Shown here piece after piece: positions 31,086-36,898 of a stretch of DNA of 36,898 nt (positions within the stretch are counted from its first letter, which is position 1; each line of letters begins with the position of its first letter). The notes below the pieces were generated by a model. That model did not search any database and had not been told where the DNA came from. It saw nothing but the letters and a program-made list of their open reading frames with translations. Source of the stretch: a virus. The stretch covers positions 1 through 36,898 of the IMG/VR virus record IMGVR_UViG_3300044846_001855; one strand, 5' to 3'. The position numbers and the translations under genes are program-made.

Positions 31086-31423
31086 GGTGTCTGCTCCTTT
31101 GCCCGTGCTTCATCGAACTTGTCAAACGCAGCGCGGTAAATGTTCTCTACCTGTTCGCTGCCCAGCGCGTCGGTGTGGTCTGCAATGCGCTGAAGCTCTG
31201 CAATGCTGAATGTCCGCGCCACGTCATCGCGGTGGCTGTCAAACAGCATCGTGATTGCCACATAGACGGCGTTTTTGAAGGCCTCCCGCTCCTGTGCGGC
31301 TACAAGCTCCGCAAAGCGCTCAATCTGCTCCACGTTGAATGTGTGCGTTGGGCGGTCTGGGTAGTGCCGGTTTGTGTATGGCGTTGCCCCAGCCTCTCTA
31401 GCCAGTTTGATGATGTCGGTCAT
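31082..31423 (-). CDS. Hypothetical protein (113 aa)
   Basis: The ATG is at M16 of track ORF 31082..31468, whose first codon is TTG and lies inside a repeat tract. Confidence 0.6.
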   Translation of the reverse strand: MTDIIKLAREAGATPYTNRHYPDRPTHTFNVEQIERFAELVAAQEREAFKNAVYVAITMLFDSHRDDVARTFSIAELQRIADHTDALGSEQVENIYRAAFDKFDEARAKEQTP

Positions 31424-31440
31424 GTCAAATCCAATCCAGT

Positions 31441-31476
31441 GAACAGAACTGAACCGAACTAGGGCCAAAGGGCCAA
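31441..31476. repeat. Short tandem repeats (GAACN)x4 (31441-31460), followed by (AGGGCCAA)x2 (31461-31476)
   Basis: Read directly: gaacagaactgaaccgaactagggccaaagggccaaggg. Confidence 0.6.
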
Positions 31477-31501
31477 GGGTTCGGCGTGTAGGTGTAGCGC
31501 T

Positions 31502-31678
31502 TCATTGGTCTTTCTCCCCCAAAACCTGCCAATGCCTGCGAAGGTTCACAACAATCTGCACCAATGCCAGAACCAGTAAAAACGCAGATGCCCACGTTTC
31601 ATCTAGAACTACTGCCAATATGATGAGGCCCCAAGATGCAATCTGTCCGCTGATGGATTGATATTGGTGGTGGGTCAT
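31502..31678 (-). CDS. Small two-TM membrane protein (58 aa)
   Basis: The internal ATG (M39 of the track ORF) overlaps the upstream stop (ATGA at 31675-31678). Hydrophobic segments are WGLIILAVVL and AFLLVLALVQIVV. Confidence 0.55.
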   Translation of the reverse strand: MTHHQYQSISGQIASWGLIILAVVLDETWASAFLLVLALVQIVVNLRRHWQVLGEKDQ

Positions 31679-32340
31679 GCCGCCTCCGGTGGAGTTGGCG
31701 AAGCCGTCCAGTCGTTGTAATCGTTGCCGGGGTTCTCGCAACAATCGCAGCTTGAGGGCTTTTCTTCGTGCAGATGGCCGCAGCCGGTGCATTCGTAGGG
31801 CTTGCGCTTTTCGGCTGGCTCCGCTTGCTTGGGTGCTGCGCAGCTACTGCACTTGTATGGCTTGTACCAACGCTTTGCTGTTTCGCTGTAGGAACGATAT
31901 TGCTTATCCGTCACATACTTGATGTACCCCGGCGTCGTTGCCTCCCATGCCACCGGCTCTTGCGCTTGCTGTGCTTGCGGCTTTGGTAGCTCTGGACAGC
32001 ACTGCTCGCACGCTTCGTCTGGGTGGCATCCGCACGGCGCTATGCGCTGATCCCTGTACTCAATAATCTTTACCGATTGCGCTTGATGTGCTTGCTTGAT
32101 GGCGGCTGCAATGCATTCCTGCACACCGGTTGGGCTGTCTGTTGGTGCTACGTCCTCGGCTTCGCACTCCACCGCAGCAGCCTCCAGCAAGTCGATCAGG
32201 GCTTGCTTGTCGTAGAGTGGCGCGGACACATAGCCCAGCGCCTTCAGGCTTGCGCTTGGCTCGGCTTGAAACGCCAGCTTTGCCAGTTCTGGCTTCTTTC
32301 GTGGTGCCCACACATAGGCTTTAGGCTCAGGCACCTTCAT
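31675..32340 (-). CDS. Hypothetical protein with a Cys-rich C-terminal half (221 aa)
   Basis: The start MKVPEPKAYVW has SD GGGAGG. The C-terminus carries CGCH, CEQCC, CSSC, CTGC and CDCC clusters, suggesting zinc knuckles. Confidence 0.7.
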   Translation of the reverse strand: MKVPEPKAYVWAPRKKPELAKLAFQAEPSASLKALGYVSAPLYDKQALIDLLEAAAVECEAEDVAPTDSPTGVQECIAAAIKQAHQAQSVKIIEYRDQRIAPCGCHPDEACEQCCPELPKPQAQQAQEPVAWEATTPGYIKYVTDKQYRSYSETAKRWYKPYKCSSCAAPKQAEPAEKRKPYECTGCGHLHEEKPSSCDCCENPGNDYNDWTASPTPPEAA

Positions 32341-33094
32341 GCTGGCCTCCCTTTGTGTGGATTCCGTGAGCGGCTTCCGTAGCTCGCACCACATGCGCCT
32401 CGATTCCGTCAAACTGGGTAATTTGCTGCCCTCGGATGCTGCCCAGACGGCGGCGCAATGATGCGTCTGCCGCTGAGATAACGGCATCAATCTGCTCATC
32501 CGTCAGCGGTGCCAGCGCCTTGGGTGCCGCGTAGAGTTGCGCATTGGTCATGCCCTTGCCTTCGTGCCATTTCAGCGTGTTGCCGACTGAGTAAGCCACC
32601 GCCTCCCCCTTGTCCATGGCGTCCAATCGGGATTGCAATTGATTGATTTCTGCCTGCTGCTTTACAGAAATTGAAATGCCCTCCTGTTGATCTGCGATGT
32701 AGCCGTCCACCTTGGCTTGCAACTCCGTGCATTGATGCTGCCAATGCGCAGATGATTGGATGGCTGTGTCTAGCTTGGATTGCAGGGCATCACGCTCGGC
32801 CCTGAATGACAATCGCCGCTCATTCTTCAGTTCTTGCGCCCAAGTGTTGCACTCGTCAATCAACGTTTGCGTCCGCGCCTTCAGCCGCTCGTTCTCTGCT
32901 TGCAACTGGTCACGCTCTGCTCGAAACGCTACTGCCTGCCGTGCATTGCGCATGGCGTTTTCTTTGTGCTCTGCGCACTCTGCTTGCAGCGCCTCAATAG
33001 CTGATTGCAGGTCGGCTCTGGCTGAAATTGTTGGCGCTGGCGTGGTTGCTGCTGATGCGGCATAGTCATCTGCCAATTTCATTAGGTCGGTCAT
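32327..33094 (-). CDS. Coiled-coil protein (255 aa)
   Basis: Long heptad-like Gln/Glu/Arg/Ala-rich region. There is an ATGA overlap with the upstream gene. Confidence 0.75.
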   Translation of the reverse strand: MTDLMKLADDYAASAATTPAPTISARADLQSAIEALQAECAEHKENAMRNARQAVAFRAERDQLQAENERLKARTQTLIDECNTWAQELKNERRLSFRAERDALQSKLDTAIQSSAHWQHQCTELQAKVDGYIADQQEGISISVKQQAEINQLQSRLDAMDKGEAVAYSVGNTLKWHEGKGMTNAQLYAAPKALAPLTDEQIDAVISAADASLRRRLGSIRGQQITQFDGIEAHVVRATEAAHGIHTKGGQHEGA

Positions 33095-33396
33095 TTGCTT
33101 GCCTCCATTGCGGCGCGTTGAAACGCCTCATATCTCTCCCATGCTTCTCCAATGTCTGAATTGGCACTGCCTTTACCTACTGCTCGCTCTGTCCAATAGA
33201 GCAAATCGCCATTCAAGAATGAAAGCTCTTTCTCTGCATTCTCCAGCCTGTCTAGCAGTTCAAGGATTGCGGCGGGGTTTGCTGCCTCTAGCCACGCTTC
33301 ATTTGCCTGCCAGTTGTTGTCATCAATTGGATGTGTGTAGATGTGGTGCCCGTGCATTGAAGCAGCCTCAGCCAGCTTTCGCAGTTCTTGTGTCAT
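33091..33396 (-). CDS. Ead/Ea22-like protein (101 aa)
   Basis: The ATG is at M29 of the track ORF, with SD GAAGGAAG. The motif ANPAAILELLDRLENAEKEL is characteristic. Confidence 0.7.
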   Translation of the reverse strand: MTQELRKLAEAASMHGHHIYTHPIDDNNWQANEAWLEAANPAAILELLDRLENAEKELSFLNGDLLYWTERAVGKGSANSDIGEAWERYEAFQRAAMEASK

Positions 33397-33406
33397 TTGG
33401 CTTCCT

Positions 33407-33589
33407 TCAAAGGTTGTACTTGGCGACAAAGGCAACGCGCCCAATAGAGTCATACTCTTCGACAAACTCCCAAACGTCATCGGCTAGAGATTCCTTGCCG
33501 TACAAGTCGTCGCTGTATTTCAGTTGCTCAAAGTCCCAGCGCTTGTTAATTGCGCGGAGTGCCAGCTTTTGCATTTCTTGGGGTGTCAT
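33407..33589 (-). CDS. Hypothetical protein (60 aa)
   Basis: The internal ATG overlaps the upstream stop (ATGA at 33586-33589), with SD GGAGGG. Confidence 0.6.
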   Translation of the reverse strand: MTPQEMQKLALRAINKRWDFEQLKYSDDLYGKESLADDVWEFVEEYDSIGRVAFVAKYNL

Positions 33590-33933
33590 GCTTCCCTCCG
33601 TGTGTAGAGTGGCCCACTGAAGCCCATTCCTGATAGGCCGTTCCAGCGGTTGATTTCTCCGTTCCGCACGTAGCACAACGGTTCATGTGAAAGCTGTGCC
33701 GCTGCTCCCTGTGCAAATCGGGCGTTCATCTGCTCAGTGGTGAACATTGGCCCCAGCGTGAAGGTCTTCATTGCAGGCTCCGGCAGCTCCATCGCCCCCA
33801 GCTTCGCCAGAATCGCCGCTTCGATGGCTCGGGCAAATTCAATTTCTCTTTGAGTGATTGGCTTGCTTGTGATTTCGCTCCACAAAGACCGGCACATCTC
33901 CCCAAATTCAATTTCATTGTCAGTCAGTAACAT
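33586..33933 (-). CDS. Hypothetical protein (115 aa)
   Basis: ATG at 33933 with SD AGGAGG 5 nt upstream. It is the first gene downstream of the 33996-34038 promoter candidate. Confidence 0.7.
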   Translation of the reverse strand: MLLTDNEIEFGEMCRSLWSEITSKPITQREIEFARAIEAAILAKLGAMELPEPAMKTFTLGPMFTTEQMNARFAQGAAAQLSHEPLCYVRNGEINRWNGLSGMGFSGPLYTRREA

Positions 33934-33995
33934 TCTCACCTCCTAAAAGTCTACCTATAAGCCTAGACAGTCCGTAAACCGCTAGGGATAGGCCA

Positions 33996-34038
33996 ATTAT
34001 CGTTAGTGCGGTCATTTTGTGAATTAGGGTTTACCCTA
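33996..34038 (-). promoter_or_regulatory. Candidate promoter with an upstream palindrome. The minus strand reads TAGGGTAAACCCTA (34038-34025), TTCACA (34023-34018), a 16-nt spacer, then GATAAT (34001-33996).
   Basis: Read directly. The helicase stop codon TAG forms the first 3 nt of the palindrome. Confidence 0.45.
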
Positions 34039-35016
34039 GATAGAGCGATGCGGCCACGGCTCGTAGAACATTTGCGGCTGGTCGCCTTGGTTTGCGACAA
34101 ACATTCCCGCATCAAAGTGACGCCAGAGCGCGATTGATGGCTCACCGTCTGCGCTTCCTTCGTAGTTGCGCTGCTTCCTGCACAACAGGTATTCGTCAGG
34201 CTCGGTAATCTTGTTTGATTGGGTTCCTTTGGCTTTGTAGTCATCCTCTTTCGGCTTGTTGCGCCATGCCATAAACACGTTATCCACTTGGTCAGTGATA
34301 GACCCGCTGCCCTTGGTGTCGTGCTTGTCGGGCATGTCGCCTTCCTTGCTTGGCTTTTTCAAGTGGTGGATTAGGTGGATGTGAACATTGCAATCCTTGG
34401 CAATGCTGCAAAGCTCGTCAACAAACGATTTTTGCCCGTTGTAGTCGTCCTCGGCCTTTACGCACTTCATCAGGCTATCAATGAAAATCTGACGCACTCC
34501 CAATTCGTTTGCGCAGTACTTCACCATCCCCAAAACCACGTTAGGCTGTGCCGTGCCGGTCTGGTCATAGAGCCACATTTTGCCGTCTGTCCAGTCTTTG
34601 AACTGGTCGTATAGACCTTCTAAAACCTGTATCCCTTCGCGGCTCATGTACTCTGGTGCCATTGGGTTAGTCCCGTTAAACATCCGCGCCATCCGCTGAA
34701 CTGTCTGCACCGGCTTCATCTCAAACGATGCGATACAAACCCGCTCACCCTGCCCCACAAGCGATAGGGCAACCTGAGTCGTAATGTCGGTTTTGCCGTG
34801 GCCGTTTTGCCCTGCGTAAAGCGAAACCTCGCCATATCGGTACTCGAAAGCGTCTCTGGTCTTTTCCCACGGCAGGTAAATCCTGTGCTTGCTTACGTTT
34901 TGTCGCAGGCGCTCCTTTGCCTCGTCAACAAAGTCGCCAGCGGGTTTAACCTTTGTCTGCGCGTCTGTGTCCTCAAGGTACGCAGCAAAATCAATCGAAT
35001 CAGTTAGATACTCCAT
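34036..35016 (-). CDS. DnaB-like replicative helicase, RecA-type C-terminal domain only (326 aa)
   Basis: Walker A AGQNGHGKT, Walker B QIFIDSLMK and the later HIHLIHHLKK / GSGSITDQVDNVF blocks are typical of DnaB_C or T7 gp4-type helicases. SD GGAGG is present. Confidence 0.85.
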   Translation of the reverse strand: MEYLTDSIDFAAYLEDTDAQTKVKPAGDFVDEAKERLRQNVSKHRIYLPWEKTRDAFEYRYGEVSLYAGQNGHGKTDITTQVALSLVGQGERVCIASFEMKPVQTVQRMARMFNGTNPMAPEYMSREGIQVLEGLYDQFKDWTDGKMWLYDQTGTAQPNVVLGMVKYCANELGVRQIFIDSLMKCVKAEDDYNGQKSFVDELCSIAKDCNVHIHLIHHLKKPSKEGDMPDKHDTKGSGSITDQVDNVFMAWRNKPKEDDYKAKGTQSNKITEPDEYLLCRKQRNYEGSADGEPSIALWRHFDAGMFVANQGDQPQMFYEPWPHRSI

Positions 35017-35371
35017 CTTTCCTCCAAATTTCAGCCCATCCGGTTTGTGTTCTAGATTCGTCTTGTGTGTGGCACCCCACTACAAGCGAAGCCCCTGCGC
35101 GTTTACAAGCCTCAAACAAGGCCTTAGCGCGTTTTTCATCGCTAGATGATGTGTAGACCTCAACCCCCACCAAAAAACGCAGGTCTAGGCTTTTGATGGC
35201 GTCTTTCGGCTCAATGGAAACGCTAGGGTAATGCGGCTTCATGGGTTTGCCAGAAAGCGTAACCGGTGCGCTCCAGTCTTTGCAGGTCGGGGTTAGGTAG
35301 TCGTGTACCCATACGGCGGGTGGTGTCACTCCGCGCATACGCAGCTTTATCAAGGGTAGGTGCCCGATCAT
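35000..35371 (-). CDS. Hypothetical replication-module protein (123 aa)
   Basis: Clean ATG. It overlaps both neighbours (ATGA upstream, 17 nt downstream). Confidence 0.7.
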   Translation of the reverse strand: MIGHLPLIKLRMRGVTPPAVWVHDYLTPTCKDWSAPVTLSGKPMKPHYPSVSIEPKDAIKSLDLRFLVGVEVYTSSSDEKRAKALFEACKRAGASLVVGCHTQDESRTQTGWAEIWRKDGVSN

Positions 35372-36006
35372 ATGGCTCCGGGCAACATGCCGTTATGTTG
35401 TTTTGCAGAATTTCGTTCTTCAGGTCGAAGCCATGAAGCCTCTAGGCCTTGCGAACCTCTACGGCACCAAACCTGCAAAAATTCTTCTAACCCCATACCC
35501 GCTTTTTCTGCCTCTTTCCTTGCTCCGTTTATCACGGTTTGCGTTACCGTTGCCTTCTTTGCTTTCCGAAGTTGGCACCAGTCATCCCATGTCTGTTTTT
35601 CAACGTCTGAGGGCTTATCAATGGAGTGTGAGCGCTTTGCGCGTTCTTGTTTACTCTCCTCTTTCTCTGCCTCTCCCTCTGTCTCTGGGATAGCAGTTTG
35701 CAAGCATGGTGCTAGCATCGTGCTAGCATCAAGGAAAAAGCCATTATCAATCAATGACTTAAGGCCGGTTTCTATATCTGATCTAGACAAACGAAGGCGA
35801 AACTCCAATTCATCTAAAGACGCATCAAACCGACCATCTTTGCTCTCAGACGCTAGCAGCCATAACAAAGGTGCAAGCGCTTTGCTAGCAAGCGGCAAGC
35901 GCATAAAAACCCTGTCATTCAATAAGTCGCTATGCAGCTTTATCCAAGGTGGGCAACGGTCTTTGTAGTGCTGAAAATCAGCCCATTTTTTAGGAACGAG
36001 AATCAC
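35368..36006 (-). CDS. Putative replication initiator / replisome organiser (212 aa), GTG start
   Basis: The N-terminal WADFQHYKDRCPPWIKLHSDLLND.. and the C-terminal WDDWCQLRKAKKATVTQTVINGARKEAEKAGMGLEEFLQVW resemble phage O/DnaT-type organiser proteins (from memory). It is positioned upstream of the helicase. GTGA overlap and SD GGAGG are present. Confidence 0.55.
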   Translation of the reverse strand: MILVPKKWADFQHYKDRCPPWIKLHSDLLNDRVFMRLPLASKALAPLLWLLASESKDGRFDASLDELEFRLRLSRSDIETGLKSLIDNGFFLDASTMLAPCLQTAIPETEGEAEKEESKQERAKRSHSIDKPSDVEKQTWDDWCQLRKAKKATVTQTVINGARKEAEKAGMGLEEFLQVWCRRGSQGLEASWLRPEERNSAKQHNGMLPGAI

Positions 36007-36122
36007 AATCCAAGCCTCCGCGCGATTGCCTTAAAAGCTCGCTCTACTTGGGCCGGTGTTGCATCAGGATGACGTCGAAGCCATGATTGCTTTTCGTACT
36101 CGTATAGCTGATAACTTGCCAT
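36003..36122 (-). CDS. Candidate 39-aa protein (MASYQLYEYEKQSWLRRHPDATPAQVERAFKAIARRLGL)
   Basis: My own translation. The stop overlaps the GTG of the replication gene. The Y..K..W....P.AT..E...A...IA..LG pattern is a recurrent small phage protein (from memory). Confidence 0.55.
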   Translation of the reverse strand: MASYQLYEYEKQSWLRRHPDATPAQVERAFKAIARRLGL

Positions 36123-36130
36123 TGGGAACC

Positions 36131-36182
36131 CCAAAAAGAAAACCCATGCAGCCTTGCGGGTCCAGCGCAAGAACTACATGGG
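36131..36182 (-). terminator. Rho-independent terminator between the early HTH genes and the replication module
   Basis: The minus strand reads CCCAUG-uaguu-CUUGCG-cuggacc-CGCAAG-gcug-CAUGGG, followed by UUUUCUUUUUGGGG. Confidence 0.7.
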
Positions 36183-36196
36183 TCAGCCATGACGGC

Positions 36197-36232
36197 TTAT
36201 GCATAACTGAATCTGGACCATTCAATGCATAA
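36197..36232. other. AT-rich imperfect palindrome (8 bp plus 5 bp arms with a 3-nt bulge) containing two ATGCAT cores
   Basis: Read directly: ttatgcat-aac-tgaat-ctggacc-attca-atgcataa. Confidence 0.5.
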
Positions 36233-36255
36233 ACCGACCACATGATTTTAACCGA

Positions 36256-36465
36256 TCACGCCTTTCGAGTCACTACCCGATAGACATAAAACCAGCGCCC
36301 GTTATCGGGGTATCGCTTGGTTTTGGTGAGTTCTTCGTCGGGGCGTAGCTGTTCCCGCGCCCTCTTGTGCCAGCATGAGGATATGCCGGTCATTTGCATG
36401 TCCATTGTTGACATGCCGCGCTTTTTAAGCAGGGCGATCAGTTTGCGGCCTTGGGTGGTTTTCAT
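36256..36465 (-). CDS. Small winged-helix-like protein (69 aa)
   Basis: The ATG at M5 of the track ORF has SD GGAG. The pattern GRKLIALLKKRGMSTMDMQMTGISS...R is HTH-like. Confidence 0.6.
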   Translation of the reverse strand: MKTTQGRKLIALLKKRGMSTMDMQMTGISSCWHKRAREQLRPDEELTKTKRYPDNGRWFYVYRVVTRKA

Positions 36466-36625
36466 CTTGATCTCCAAATAAATCAGGCTGTTCGCTCTTG
36501 ACTACTTTTGAATGAACGGCCAGCCGTTTACCGTCCATTTTCTCTAAGCACTTAGGCCCGATAGGGTAAGCGCCTACCCATGCGGCGGCTTTGTCCATTT
36601 CCTTACCGCATCGAACGCATTTCAT
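36425..36625 (-). CDS. Zinc-ribbon protein, DUF6011-like (66 aa)
   Basis: MKCVRCGKEM......IGPKCLEKM has the C..CG...GP.C pattern. There is an ATGA overlap with the upstream gene, and it overlaps the next gene by 41 nt. Confidence 0.55.
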   Translation of the reverse strand: MKCVRCGKEMDKAAAWVGAYPIGPKCLEKMDGKRLAVHSKVVKSEQPDLFGDQDENHPRPQTDRPA

Positions 36626-36891
36626 GGGATATGACTGCCTGTTTCATACGATAGGGCCTTTTCTATCGTGCGAACGTGAACCCCGTATTGCTTGGCCAGC
36701 GCTTCATTGCTTAGGTTCTCGCGGATGTGTTTGCGCAGGTTCTCGCGCTGTTTCGCGGCGCTGCGGATGGTCACAATATCGAGGTCTAGCAGCTTTGTTT
36801 GCGGTAGCTCTTGGCCCCGTAGGGCCATAGAACGAGCGCGAGAGAGATATTCCCCACGCTCTAACCGCTTGTCAGGGCGGTGTTGTTTCAT
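36622..36891 (-). CDS. HTH DNA-binding protein (89 aa), downstream of the helicase-methylase across the contig junction
   Basis: NEALAKQYGVHVRTIEKAL is a clear HTH. Its ATG overlaps the stop of the methylase gene in the duplicated copy (117-120). Confidence 0.7.
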   Translation of the reverse strand: MKQHRPDKRLERGEYLSRARSMALRGQELPQTKLLDLDIVTIRSAAKQRENLRKHIRENLSNEALAKQYGVHVRTIEKALSYETGSHIP

Positions 36892-36898
36892 GCAAATA
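36772..36898. repeat. Terminal direct repeat copy 2 (identical to 1-127)
   Basis: Read directly. Confidence 0.9.

Noticed and set aside
33963-34244. A 93-aa minus-strand ORF overlapping the 3' end of the DnaB-like helicase gene
   Set aside because: It lies almost entirely inside the well-supported helicase ORF in another frame. Its sequence is Ser/Thr/Arg-rich, and its end runs through the promoter/dyad region.

Overview
The window is a complete tailed dsDNA phage genome whose two ends overlap: nt 1-127 are identical to nt 36772-36898, giving a unique length of 36771 bp. It carries a P22-like podovirus morphogenesis module. Layout: (1) A divergent control region lies at about 2660-2790. (2) A rightward (+) recombination operon spans 2790-5900: an Ead/Ea22-like protein, a Rad52-like annealing protein, a Gp157-like protein, SSB and several mini-ORFs. 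(3) A leftward (-) early operon runs 2659->117 and continues through the contig junction to 36891->26888. It encodes a 114-aa protein, an SNF2 helicase-DNA methyltransferase fusion, small HTH and zinc-ribbon proteins, an intrinsic terminator, a replication initiator, a DnaB-like helicase and about 25 small early/middle genes. These include an 18-nt-repeat hexapeptide beta-helix protein and two nuclease-like proteins. (4) A 537-bp ORF-poor, highly structured leader spans 26351-26887. (5) The late operon runs 26350->5854 (-): two tiny membrane peptides, TerS, TerL, portal, scaffold, coat, an SGNH esterase bracketed by hairpins, gp4-like and gp10-like tail factors, a needle-position fibre, gp14/7/20/16-like ejection proteins, a beta-helix tailspike and a lysis cassette. 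Genes are tightly packed, with many ATGA/TAATG start-stop overlaps. I could not recognise an integrase, a CI-type repressor, a tRNA, a CRISPR array or a reverse transcriptase. The most interesting non-standard signals are: a multi-helix RNA-like domain closed by a perfect 15-bp stem in the late leader; a palindrome (TAGGG-N4/5-CCCTA) placed identically in front of four sigma70-like promoters; the helicase-methylase fusion; the hairpin-bracketed SGNH esterase inside the head module; and several unannotated mini-ORFs and frame anomalies. All homology statements come from motif recognition by eye or memory, not from database searches.
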